A DNA stretch of 64,000 nucleotides, from positions 14,066,124 to 14,130,123 of the forward strand of contig CM119265.1 in NCBI GenBank assembly GCA_051294375.1, in the 5' to 3' direction. How positions within the stretch are numbered: the first letter of the stretch is position 1; each line of letters starts with the position of its first letter. Both the position numbers and the translations under genes were made by a program. This DNA is from Paraspadella gotoi (Eukaryota > Animalia > Chaetognatha). The notes beneath the pieces were generated by a model, which was given only the letters and a program-made list of their open reading frames with translations, did no database searches and was not told where the DNA came from. Positions 14,077 through 27,729 of this stretch are shown piece by piece.

Positions 14077-15334
14077 AGAGAGAGGAAGACCCCAGTGCCC
14101 TGTTAGTAACTAGACTACACACGCAAGTAATTTTTTTTGTAAAGTGTAATTGAACATCCTGGTATAACTTTAAACAGGCATGACATAAAAAAAAAAAATA
14201 TAAGGATAAGACAAATCACTTGAGAAACAAAAACAAAGGAACTCGATGATCTCCGATGAAAGACGCGGTGGACGATTAAGAGAAAAACAAGAGGAGGTGA
14301 CGCTGACCTCCATCGACCAGACCAGGGGTCTAAATCTGTGATCGGAAATGTTTGGTCCCGAAAACCCGAATGTTTGTCGCTGATTTTCGACGAGAAGGAA
14401 AAAAACAACTCTTGTTTTGATTAGAAAGTTACTCCTGATGGTCAAAAGAGAAGGCGAAGGAAGTAGACTTTCGAAAATATCAACCCCTTTAGGCTTTACC
14501 GAAGAATCATTAATAGGGGGAGTGAGCCAAGAATATGACCGTTTCCGGAAGTCGTAAGCTTACGACCTCGTTGCCACGCCCACATCTTTGTGCGCGGCCC
14601 GGGCTACTTGGCAAATCGCCCATTCCACCCCTCCACCAAAAAAAGGGAGATAGATAAGTATATCGGGCGATTTTTAGTACGTCCTGACTCCTACAGATTG
14701 AAAAATACCATTGGCTATGCCAATAAATGGCAGGGAGCCATAGCCAAGCGGAAAATATTGACCAAAAAAAAAACGAAGAAAATCGACAAAACCGCCTGGT
14801 GATCATTGAAGAATCCTATCATTTTCTCGGACAATAAAATACGCAACTCGAAAATTCAAAAGAAGACTTTGCCAGATCCATAACTCAGACACCAGAGTCT
14901 GAGTCCGGCGCATTAGCATTAAGAGTCCGGAAAACTTAAGTCCTCGATTGACCGCGAAAGAGTGAAGTCCAGAGTCTCCAACGAGGTCCCGCCCTTCCGC
15001 CGCTAAAATCCTCGTTAACTTCTTTATGACGACTTTTACTGATTTTGGCGGACATAAAAACAGTTGGGGGCCTTTTCCGCCTTTGCTCTGTTTTTTTTTT
15101 TTACATTGATCGATTGTTTTGTATTTTTGTGTTTTGTTTTTTTCATTTATTTAACATTGTAAGAGGATATATAGAAATACATTTATTTTATTATCGATTA
15201 TGAAGGCCCGTAGCTTTAAATTTATTTTTTTTTGTTCGTTTAAACATATATAAGTGCGACTTGCTATTATTTTTTGGAGACCGAATTCCACTAGATATTT
15301 CTTATTCTCTCCCTTTTTTTGAGTGGTAAAAATA

Positions 15335-15490
15335 GTGCGCATGGGGTCGATATGACGTGTCTCTGCGTTGACCCCGGACCAAACTTTCGGGCTTCCGGCA
15401 CACCGGCAGCACCCGGCGGGTCAACAAAGAAATTCGGACCGCTAATACCGTCTCTGATGAAACCCGGAAAGGACCCTGCAATGCTAGGAA
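15335..15490. other. GC-rich self-complementary island, possibly related to 30493-30678
   Basis: Stems GGGGTCGA/TTGACCCC and GTTGACCC/GGGTCAAC; GGCACACCGGC...CCCGGYGG is shared with the minus strand of 30495-30520. Confidence 0.4.
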
Positions 15491-16266
15491 AAAATATAAA
15501 TTATAATTGTTAACTTAGTTTATACATCACGTATTAAAGTTAAACTACACGACCGAAACAAGATTTTTTTCCCGCGGAATGGACGGCACGAACTAAAAAG
15601 GATTTGGGAACCAAGAGGCGAAGGCGGGGAAGGGGGGGGGGCGAATTCGTTGAGCGAAAAATCCGACCAGAGGAGAAATCTTCGCTGGTGGGAAAATCAC
15701 TGTTCCCTTACCGACCTCTGTAAAACTTACAAGGGATTATCGTCGTTCTTCTTCGATCGTAATTGGTCCTCTTAAACTCCAAATATAAAAATAAATAATA
15801 ATGAAATTTTTTACATTTATTTTTCTGCTGGTAAGTTAAGACCTACAAAAACAAACTATCTTTATTATCTAATCCTCCTCCACTCTCAACGTTCACCCCA
15901 CGACCAAACTCGGCGATTCACCTTCGTGCATCGATGCTTGTTGTTTTTGTTTTCTGCCGACATTTTGCCGGGTTTTGCTTGGTCGAATTCAGTCACCAAA
16001 AAAAAAAAAGTATTGGAAAAAGATTCTCGAAACGGAATGTTCTGATCTGTGAACTGTAATAATTTTATACTTATACTTTAAAAAATTGCTCATTAAGATA
16101 ATATGATTCCTTAACTAGTCCGTACATTCAACTTTCGTCGCGTTAACTTTAAAACAAAATTTTTCACATCTTCTCAATTATTAAAAGTTTAGGAATATAC
16201 GATGCTATAAAACAATAAATGGTAAATCATAGAGAGGAGAGAGAGAGAGAGAGGAGAGAGAGAGAA

Positions 16267-16297
<31 letters not shown>

Positions 16298-18089
16298 GAG
16301 GAGATGAGGAGAGAGATTAAAAACGTTTTGATAATAGAAAAGTAAACTATAAAAGAAGGGAAACAAAAAAAAATATAATCTGGTTTTCGAGAAAAGTAGA
16401 AGCGGTAGAGAGAGATGAGCACTTTGTGAAGGTGAGGTTTTGAAACTGTAGACGAGCAAAAGGGCTAAGGGGTAAACACAGGTCAGAGAAAAACGATTTC
16501 CAACGTGGACCTGTGGACCTTTAAAAGCGACGGGGTTCCTAAGGGGACATCGAAAACGTCTGAATCAAAACAAACGAAGGAAGGAGAAAGAAAAATGCGA
16601 ATTCGGAAAGAATACGTAGATAAGGAAGAAAATGTTTGTTTTTAAGCCACTGATATCGAATAGATAAATACTATTTCTATAATTCGTCGTGTTAGGTCAG
16701 AATATAAAACTACCATATTCGAAATGCTTGAGCAGATATTTCTCCTACTACTTCTTTTTAAAAAGAGAATCACAAATCATCGCAAACTGCTCCTTTTCTT
16801 TCATTGAAAACCTTACCCTTTCTTTGCATCCCTAAAGCCACAAGCTGTTCAATGACCAATAAATGTTTAATCCCACGCTCTCTTCAAACACTACCCCAGA
16901 CCCTCTGCCGATCAAAAACCCTAAACTAAAACCGATCCCATAAACTTATAATTCGACTTCGCCCCCCCCCCTCTCAAAACCTTCGAATCCATCCGCCCGA
17001 ATCTCAAAAGATCTCCATGTCGCCCCTCCCCCCTCTCTCCATAAATCCCATTGAAACCTCGAGGCACAAATCATCTTTATCCCCTTCGAAAGGCGCTAAA
17101 TCCTTCGCCAAGAACTTTCGCCATTTTCAAGCTTAATTTCCCCCACTCGTCAAATCGCGAGGAGGAAACGGGGGGGGGGATAATAGGGGGGAACGCAGAA
17201 AGAATGGGTGAAGCGATACCCATCGAGGAAATGAGACGTAATCGAAAACCTTACCCCCAAGAAAAATCCTCTTGGGGCGGAAACTTGTTTAAATTCAGAA
17301 ATAGGGGACGATATAATAATGACAAAATTATTGTATGGATTTAAGATGCTAGTCGAAAGACTAAATAAAGAGTGTTATACTTAATGCTAAAAAGGGGGAC
17401 GCTGTCAGAGTACTTTTCTTCAGGAATGTTAAAATAGCGAAAGAAGATTGAGAGTAAGAGGAAGAAAAAAAGAGAACAGAAAAAAAAAGAGATAAATAGT
17501 TAAATACGTACATAAATAATGACTGGATTCGGAAAGAATCCGTTTTGATGGTATATTCAAGTCGTGGGTCACAATCAATGTGTCATAATTTTGCGAGGAA
17601 AGAGGGGGAAGAGAGAGAGAGAGAGAGAGAGGCAAACAGACAGACAGGAAAGACGGAGGGAATCTGGATCGGCCTTTTCAGCTTCTCTCTCGCTCAACGG
17701 AGTGGAAATGTAAATGTAGTGTTTAAATCGAAAAGGCTCGTCTCTTCCCGCAAAGCCACGACGGTGTTTGGGCTGCACTTACCTCGACCATCTCGCCCAT
17801 TTTCATTTTTTTCACCTTACCCTTATCTCCTTACTTTCAGCCAACCAATCGCTATTTGTCCGGTCACATCCTTTCTTTTCCGCCGCGTATTGTGAAAAAC
17901 GCACTTTAATATTTCCGAAGCTATTTCCGGTTTCTCCCGTCCGCCTCATGAAAATGAGCCGGAAGCCGAGCGGGTCCGACGGACCGAACACAACGTACCT
18001 CGCCACAATTATCAAATAATAGCGTCAAAGGCTCCAATCTGTCACTGGACACTGGACACAGTGGAGAGTGGACAGTCTTTGTTCATACT

Positions 18090-18288
18090 ATGGCGTCTCC
18101 CGACGGCTGGCGCTCAGGGATTTTGACCTGTTGTGACCATGTCATGTCAGTCATGTCAGCCCATGTCACTGGCGTGTTTATGCCGACACCATCACACTTT
18201 AACAAGCGTGACCATGAGGGGATTGAACCCGGAACTCACGGTTGGTGAGCTGGGACGAGCTGAGTTTCACCAAGCTATACGGGTGGCG
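18090..18288 (-). mobile_element. tRNA-derived SINE-like element
   Basis: Minus strand reads GCCACCCGTATAGCTTGGTG (A-box-like)...CCGGGTTCAATCCC (B box, 18232-18219), then a GC-rich body; no intact cloverleaf. Confidence 0.6.
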
Positions 18289-18808
18289 AATTTAGGATTC
18301 GCCACAATGAGATCATTAAGAATGAAAAAAAAGAAAAAAAAAAAGAGTCATTTCAGTTGAAAACAATGGAGGTCTAAAGATTCCTTTTACTACGGTCGAA
18401 TGAGTCACCTTCAAGATTTATGGAAACAAAAAAAAGCTTATGGAATCGTCAAAAACCAATGCCACATGATGAAAGAAATATACGCCTAAATAACCTGACT
18501 ATTTGGTATAAATACTTTGAAAACAAAGAGCAACGTAATCCTGATATCCCTCAACTAAATCTCTTTTTGGTCAAATTATGCAAAAATGATTAGTAAAGCT
18601 CATAAATCGATGAGATCGTGACAGATGGATTCGTGATAAGCAAAGGATCAATGACAATCGACTTCGTGACGAATGAATGACTGAGGGGGAAAAACATAGG
18701 AATCCGGAACCTGGATTGAAATGGATTAAAACTCAGCGGGATGAAGGCGCTGATGGACACTTGCCAACTGGAAAAAAACGAATCGAATAATGGTGAAGAG
18801 TGAGTGAA

Positions 18809-18894
<86 letters not shown>

Positions 18895-21100
18895 ATAAAA
18901 AAGAAAGGGAGGGAAAGAGTGCGTTTTCTGTCTTCACTTCTCTGAAATTCAGAAGAGCAAGGGTGGCCTCAAATCTCTGAGAAGCCGTTCATCACAATTA
19001 CGCCAGAAAAAAAAACAGCTTGAAGACGCAATAAAAATTTTTAAGCAGATGGCCGAAGAGAATGCCACTCTTTGATTTTATAAAATATACAAACCTTTGA
19101 AAAAAACTTGAATTGCTGTCGCTATTGCCGTTTCAGGAGCCGGACAATGGTAAAAGAGACCAATGTCGATGCATGAGAAATAGAAAGAAACCGAGTTCGA
19201 TATAAATGAAAGGAAAAAAAAAGGAAACAAAAGAAACTCGAGAGTTTCTTCTCGAAAACGGGGAGAACTCATCAATAGTCTGAATCGTTGAGAAAAAACA
19301 TAAGCGCGGGCCGCCGGGCCGGGGACAAAGACAAGACGGAATAAAACATTTTACGAGGGGAAAAGAAAGAATCTGGGGAAAGATTAAATCAAAGACGAGT
19401 CAGAATTAAACATTATACGGACCGAGGGGATGTAACTCAAAAGGATGGAGAGAAGAATCAATTTTTTTTTTAACACTCGAGACGATAACGACGCCTTTCG
19501 GTGCATTTTGTATGAAAAGCTTAATCTATTTACGTTGGTGAAAGTAAAAATCGTCAATTTATTAACAAAATCAAAATCTGGTTATCCGAAATTTATTTCA
19601 GAGACGGAAAAAATTATAAAAGCCACCAACTCTTTGCAAGACATCAGCAGCGAAGACATAAAGATGAAACGCTCGTCACATAAAAATGACGACTTTCTTA
19701 CGGAATACATGTGAATTAAAATGCAAATTCTTGTCTTAAATCCCGAGGCGAAGGAGGTGCGGAATTCTTTAAAAGCCTTTCGAGAAAGCGGCGAAAAAAA
19801 TAACCCAACAGAAACAAAATGGCAAATAATCAAGCAAACACAAACAATAAGATTTAAAAAAAAACATTTTTGCACTTAGTTTTTTACCCTTCCTTTCAAA
19901 TTACTTGTTTACACTTTTACGCTTGTTTCTAAACATTCCTCGTTACGAAAACTAGGATTTATTTTAAATTTTTGAATTCTCGTTGGGATTTTATTCTTCT
20001 CTTTATGTTTTCTCTCTCAGAACGTCGACCCCCTGACGACGCGACGGCTTCGTTTATGGGCGAAATAGAAAAAAAAAAACACAAAAAATAAATAAACAAA
20101 GAAAAAAAAGTGAAGATGGGACATAAAAGGAGAGACGAACGTGATGCGTCAGCGTTAGCGCGATGGTGAGACCCGCGAGACGAGGGTGGGAAAAGATGTG
20201 ACGTTGGTGGAATGGGGCTGATAGGACTGGGGAAAATATTAAGTAAGGAAGCAGAATTCTCGCTGTAAAACTCGAGGAATAAGATAAGAAGGGAAGATAG
20301 AAAGAAGGAAGTGAAAAAAATGAAAGAGACGCGAAAAAATTGTTAAAAAATGAATTTTTTTCTCAGATCAAAAACGCGGGAAAAAAAAATCAATTTTCAG
20401 ATCCCCTAAAAAAAGATGATTGACAACATACGTTATTAGGCCGATCTTACAATTATTTTTCGATGTTAGTTTGTTTTTTCTTTATATTTTAATGGATGTT
20501 AGGATTAAATTTTTTTTTATTCATACACTGGATATTCTAATATACAAAGATATATAATATATTTCTTTATGTACATCAGTTTCCTCTCTCTTTCTCTCAC
20601 AATTATTCCCACCTTTTTACTCTTTTTTTTAAAACCCTTTTCTCCGTTCCCCGAAATTAAAATTAATTCATCAATCGCAGATTTTATTTACCAACTCTAA
20701 TCGATTTTAAAATTTTAAAATTACAATCCAGCCTGTCATTCTGATACTTCAGATCGATTGCGTAGTTGAATTGATTTTTTTACAAACTAGTTTTTTCAAA
20801 GTCAAACCTACTTGTCAAGACCTACTTCTTTTCCTTCCCTGCTTCATGATCAGTTCTACAATTAATGACAGCCTTTTAATTTTTAGTTCTCCCTCGTATC
20901 CGTCTCATGATCGCCACTTCATCGAGAGTCCTAAGCAACAATTCGACTTTCGTGTTGACGAAAATCAAAACTTAAAAATCGAAGATCGACAATTACTATA
21001 ATCGCCGTATAGCTTGGATATAAAAAACAAAAGCAAAGTACCGAGCGCGAAAGATAATTTTGTGCGTTAAACTTTGTTTAAAAAATAATAACGATTGAAA

Positions 21101-24100
21101 ATGATGACATCGACGAAGTTTTCCAACGAGGAAACCGACGACGAAGAAATCGAGGAAGAATTAGAACATTTAAAATTTGACGACGACAACGACGACGACG
21201 ACGACGACGATGGTCGGACGTCGGTAAAAACTCCTGTCGTTGGAAAAACTTTCACGAAAGCGGAGGAGCGTTCGGTGAAGCGAACGTCCGAAAAAGGAAA
21301 GACAGTCACCGCCGAGTCAGTTATTTTAGACCGGTCCGTTGCAGTAGAAACGTCACGCGGAAAATCACAGGGTATAAATGAAAATGAGGAACCGTTGACG
21401 ACGGTAACACCGACAACAAAAACCCAAACTTCACGTGATTGCCGTGAGAAAACGTCTCACGGTCGGCGCCGACATCGCCCTCGAAAAAAATGCGCAGCTA
21501 ACAAGGAGACAAACCTCGGGTGCGACACTATGATTTTGAAAGCTTCAACGTCTGACATCGCAGCGTCTTCAGCAGCGGGAACTTCACCGACGAGGGCATC
21601 AAATGAAAAACTCACTTCCTTTAAAAAATCCCCATTAACCACTGTCGGACCAGACGGTGATTTCGCTTCAGACTCAACTCCTTTAACCGACGACGTGGCA
21701 ACGACTCACCATCCAGACATGTTGGAAAATGGTGAAGCCTTTCTAGATGAAGAGGCAGCTTCGACGTCTGGTATTCAAACGAGCCGTTCGCTCTCGATAG
21801 AAACAGAAGCCTCTTTTTCGTCTACCAGTGGGACGACTTCCGCCAATACCGCTGCTGAAACAGCCACCTCCAACAACGCCGTCAATCTTTCCAGGGCTGC
21901 TGCGAATCCTTCTCCGCCGACAACGGGAAATTCTGCGACGTTAGTGAGTCGCTACAAAAACATCCGTGCCGCCTTCAACCAAGACGGCGTCGTCGCTTAC
22001 AATCGCCTCAGCCATCTGCTGCGTCGAGTCTTTGACGGCGGAGGCAACGGTGGCGCCTCGGGCGGCGTTTCGCTGGAGGAAGAAGCGGCGTCTTTAATCA
22101 ACGCCGCCGGACGAGGTGACATCGACGGATGCCGCAAAATTCTGTCGTCCCGAGAGTCGGCCAACCTTCTCGCCAACGCCAAGATCGAGGGTCATACGGC
22201 TTTGCACGTGGCGGCCCGTCACGGCCACGCCAAGGCCGCGTTGACGCTGCTACGTCATGGCGGCGACCCTCAGGCGGTTGACGCTGACGGAAACAACGCT
22301 CTCCATCATGCCGCCATCGGGAACGAACCTCACGTCATCGTCGCTCTCGTGGAAGGGCGACGAGGGACGGAGGGATCGGCGGGCGCGGGCGCCGCCGATT
22401 TACGATTATCGACGAATCGAAGAATCTTAAAGAACGAAGTGACTTCGCGATCGAAAGTCGTCGGCGTCAACTCTTTGGTCGAATTTTCTCCCCCTTGCGA
22501 CCTCAACGCCAGAAACGGCGACAAGAAGACGGCGCTTCATTTGGCCATCGCCCGGGGTTTCCCCGAAGTGGTTCGTCAACTGCTCGTTCTCGGCGCCCAT
22601 CCCAATCTGCAGGACGACCTCGGTTCGACTCCGCTTCACGAGTCAGTCAGACACCCGGGAAACGAGGATGTCACGGCGTTGCTGTTGCGTCACAAGGCCG
22701 ACATCACCATGACTGACAACAATGGATGCAATCCGATTCACTTGGCCGCCATATTGGTGTGTTTTACTTAATTACTATCTATACTGCTTTACATGTACAA
22801 AAGACTAAATATTTTTGATTTGTTATTCTAATTATAGTATGCAGTATTGTATATGTATGTATATGTATATATGTATGTATGTATATTTTTGGGACGATTT
22901 TATAGGGAAAACTTTTAAAGACAAACCACTACGTACAAAATCAAAAAAGCAATCTTTTAATCACAGGGTAACCTCGGCAGCATGCACTTGCTGATGCTAC
23001 GCGTCCAACCCCACTTTTCATGGTTGGCAACGGCGCAGCGCGAGGAGGACGGATTCACGGCTCTGCACATGGCGGCATTGCGGGGCCACGCGAAGATAGT
23101 CGAATGCCTTTTGACCCGTGGGAAATGCGACCCGAACATTCGCGCGACAAAGACTTTGCAAACGGCACTGCATCTCGCCGTCGATCGGCGACGCTTCGAG
23201 GTTGTTCGCATCCTCATCCTCATAGGAAAATGTAACGTCAATGCGACAGACAAGGACGGTGACACCCCGCTGCACGAAGCGTTACGTCATCACACTTTGC
23301 TACAACTCAAGCAGCTCGAAGAAGTTTGTTGCAAGAGCACTGAGGTAAATTGGAAAAATAATTGCCGCGGTAGGGCGTATATAAATGGTCTTACATCATG
23401 ATTATTTCAGAGTATCGCCGATTCGGCATTGAGTTCTTCGTGTTCTTCACTCACAACGCCACTCGTTTCCGAAGCGGCTCCTCCGCAGACGTCAAGTAAA
23501 GAGCATCCAACTTCCGATTCTTCACTCAAACGGCCAATCCCTCAGTCCGCCAACTCGTCTGAGCTCAAGCCCCTCGTCGATTGCAACCTCGATCTGCAGC
23601 AAAACCAAAAGTCATTCGGAGCGATTTCCATTTTTCTGGTGGAAAACGGCGCCGACATACATCAGAAAAACGTCAAGGAGCAATCGCCCGTGGATTTGTG
23701 TCCGGATCCGCACCTGCACAGAGTTCTGGTCAAGTCCTACGAGGACGTGTTGCGGGGGAAGAAGACAGCGAAGGAGCAGATCCGTCGTGTCGACGTCTAC
23801 GAGCCGCCGCATCACAGATTCAGAGATTTCGCCTTGGCCAACATCAACGGAAATACTCAGGTTGACTTCAATTATAGAGAAAAAAAAACACTTTGTTATA
23901 ACTTATTTATTATCACAACTTCGCCATCAAGGATCGAAAACTGCGATCAAAATCGGCGAAACGCCTGGACGGACGCGACATCGTCGCTCAAAAATACGCG
24001 GGAGAGGCCGTCCACGCGGCGACCAACCCCAGCGACTCTAACGCGGCCAAGAAAAACTCGTCGGACGCGTTCGACGCGCTGGTCGCTCAAAAAGTCTCCG

Positions 24101-24318
24101 ACGCAGAGAAGAGAGAAGCTGAATCCACAGAAATCGCCAAACTGCAGCAGCAACTGTTCGACCTTCGCCGTCGCATCACTTGTCCCGTTTGTCTCGACAG
24201 GCTCAAGGTCATGGTCTTTCTCTGCGGACACGGAACTTGCCAACTTTGTGGTGATGAACTCAACTCCTGCCCCATTTGCCGCAAGATCGTCCAGAAGAAG
24301 ATCCTGTTGTACAACTGA
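21101..24318 (+). CDS. mib: Mind bomb-like ankyrin-repeat/RING E3 ubiquitin ligase; exons 21101-22756, 22967-23344, 23411-23860, 23932-24318
   Basis: [10 protein letters not shown]...LINAAGRGD entry to the ankyrin block, ankyrin repeats ([48 protein letters not shown]), post-ankyrin DLCPDP, coiled coil KLQQQL, terminal [48 protein letters not shown] as in MIB1. Confidence 0.9.
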
Positions 24319-24815
24319 GGATTACATCACTCATTTTTAGACTAAATACAGAACTAGACAATTCTTGACCCGCTATTGCCTTGTTCCACCTTTGTGAAGC
24401 TTTTATTTAAATCTACTTTCTTTCGCTTTCCCCAGACACATACGATGAGACATTTCGTTTGTTACATCGCATAATTTTTCTCTCTGTTTACTTTGGGTTT
24501 AATTTTTGAACTTTTCTTTTTCTTTTTATGTTTTGTGTTTACGTCTTCTCGGTTATTTGTCATTTTCGTTATATAATATTCGCAGAAATCGACGGCGATG
24601 TCTATCTATATGATTTAAGATCGTCAAAAAAATATTTGAGAAAATCTTTCGCTGGGGTAAGTAAGACCATGTAATCCGCTTAATGAATCCTCTTCCTCAT
24701 TTCCAACCTCTACCCGTAAAGCTAACCACAAAATCGATCAGTTACCTTACTGACTCTAAGTTACCGTCTTTCTTTGTCTTTAACAGTCGCACAGATTTGA
24801 GACAAATATCACGCG

Positions 24816-27027
24816 ATGACCGCGAGTGCTCAGCCGCCGCAAAACAATGACACTTACACGTTCACTAGTCAACCCAAAAACCTCAATCAGAGAAAGTACA
24901 AAACCCAGCAGGTACAAATCCATTTTTAAACTCATATTTTTATGCGTTATTAAGAATGAACGATTGATTTTGATTGTGAATTATCAAGCCCGTCCCTGAG
25001 GAGGGGGACCTCGTCGTCAATCACTATGGCAACCTCATGTGGGATCGGCGAGTCGTGCGGGGCAACACATATGCTCAGCATATTTTGCCAGGTACTTTTT
25101 AAGAAACTGATTCTATACGTATGTATGTTTCATTAACGAACGTAATAATTAAATTACTCGCAGCCACGCAGCAGCCGGATCCTCTTGAGATTCAGCGGCA
25201 GCAGGAGGCGCGGAGACGAGCGCTGGCCAGACGCCGCGCTAAGGAGCAGCTGCGTCCTCGCTCGCCCGACCCCATCGATGGGCGGAGACACCAGGTTTGG
25301 GATTAGTCTAAGAAAAAAGGGGATGGATGACTGACTTCAATGACTTAGAAAAAGGTTTCACTGACCTTCTTGAAATTCCGACGAAGATATGGGCCTTAAA
25401 ACTTCCAATGCCGTCTACAGGACGTCCAGACTGACCTGTACCTGGAGGAATTGTCGGATAGGGTGGAGGAGGCCGACGTGGCTTGTCAGACCGATCTGTT
25501 CCTCGATCGACCGCCCTCTCCTCTCTTCATTCCCGCCAAAACCGGATGCGACGTCGCCACTCAGATTTGGGAAGGTAAGACTGAGATATTTGATTTTTAA
25601 TTTGATCGGGTTTCAAATGTTTTTTTTTTCTTTTGCTGTTGTTGTTGTTTTGGTACCAGAAGTTTTTCTTTTTTTTTTCTTTCTTAAATATTTCGATCTT
25701 TCGATTATCTTTACTTTTGTTTTAACATTGATTGATTTTTTTTTTATTGATCGGTTGATTCATTAATTTAATTCATTAATGCAATTTATTCCTTCTTTCT
25801 ATCTTTTCATCGCTTCCTAACTCTGTCCTACAGGCGACCTCTTCGACTACGACATCGAAGTGAAGCCAATCCTGGAGGTGCTCGTCGGCAAGAACATGGA
25901 ACAGTCGCTCCTCGAGGTGCTGGAAGAAGAAGAGCTCGCGCACCTCCGCGCCCAGCAACGCGCCTTCGAGGAGCTGAGGAACGCCGAGCTAGTGGAAGAG
26001 CAGAGGCTGGAGGAGCAGGTGAGCTCGGGGTATTGCGGCGGCGGCTGCGGCGGCGGCGCCGGTTGAGGTTGAGGATTAAGTGAAAAAATCCCCGGACAAT
26101 GGGCGGAACGTTACGAGTGCGGGCGTCGGACAATAGGAATCAAGGAGAGGGGGAAGAGAAGGAGGAGGAGGAGGAGGAGGATTTTTTTAAATGGAAATCG
26201 ATTGAATCGAATGTTGGATTCGTCGATGGGGAGGATGAGAGAGAGACAGATGGAGACAGAGACGGTATTGGGTAAAGGGTGAGTGAGAGAGAGACGGTAT
26301 TCACCGTATTGAGGAAAGGATGAGAGTGAGGGGAAACGGGACCGGACTGGTATCGGACGGGACCATTGTCTCTCGCCGAAGATGACATCTCGGGCGATCT
26401 GATAATCCCGTCGCCTTTCCCGATCATTGTTCGCGACGAAGATCGAAAATCTATTTATAGTTTTAAAGTAAAAATTATGTCGAAGAACTTGTCATTTGTA
26501 AGTCAAATTGGCGAAATGAATTTTTAATTCGATTCATTTTTACATTTAGTATAAATGATCAATTCGTTAACGGTGTATGTTTCAATGAGGGATGACAACT
26601 TGAATGCTTTGTTTGACAAAAACGAAGAAACAAAAGCCATTACGGTTGCTTTAGTAGTTCTTAACGACGCCGACGACACCTACCGACAACGACGGCCCGA
26701 TCACTGGCCTCAGAACTGCATCAGGTGCCACCGAATTTAGATCCTAAACTGCGATTTAGCCGTCGGTGGCGATGAAAAATAAACCAGGCACTGAGGAGAC
26801 CGAACACTCAGTATGGGGGCTGGATGCCGAGGTTCTTCGGAGTTATAAGCAACGACTTTGTGAACGAACAGTTCCGGGACAGAGTATTGGTGCCTGGTGA
26901 TTAAGAGAACCAGGATTGGGGAAGTAAGGGCGCGGGCTACGGGATTAGCGGGAGGCATCGGCCGATAAAGATCCAGGGTGCTGGACTGAAAAGAATGACG
27001 TCATTTTTAACGAGCCTGCCACTCTCT

Positions 27028-27096
<69 letters not shown>

Positions 27097-27175
27097 TCCA
27101 ATTCCAATATGGCTCCGAACCCGCGCAGGTTTTTTTTTAATCTTATTTTACAAAGTGGCGGACTCTCGCAGAGAT

Positions 27176-27251
<76 letters not shown>

Positions 27252-27342
27252 GCGGTGGAAAATAAAGGAGGATAAAATAAAATAATGGTGGGAAAAATTA
27301 ATAGGGGAAAGAATAAAATTAGAGAGATGAATGGGCAGACGG

Positions 27343-27435
<93 letters not shown>

Positions 27436-27659
27436 AAGTGCGCGAGTGGTAAACGCTTGTGGCGACTAGAATGCGGAGATATCTAATTAATCTATATTCT
27501 ATAATTGTAATAAAATCTATCTAAAAAAAATGGACGTTTTTGTCTCGTTTCAGGAACGACGCCATCGCGAGGAGAAGGAAAGAAGAAAGAAGCAACAGAG
27601 GGAGATTTTGAGAAAGGAAAGAGAAACGGCGGAGAAGATAGCCGCAGGGCTTTTGCCAG

Positions 27660-27729
<70 letters not shown>

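Noticed and set aside
15454-15480. Hammerhead-like CTGATGA…GAAA
   Set aside because: Stem II does not close, and no UH site or stem I partner is present.
26783-26898. Hammerhead-like CTGAGGA-GACC-GAAC with stem I ACCAGGCA/TGCCTGGT
   Set aside because: GAAC replaces GAAA, and GG rather than UH precedes the stem I 3' strand.
27640-27662. Frameshifts and a damaged donor suggesting an RSPH3 pseudogene or recoding
   Set aside because: Single-base losses next to a GA tract in an error-prone assembly; all other exons are intact.
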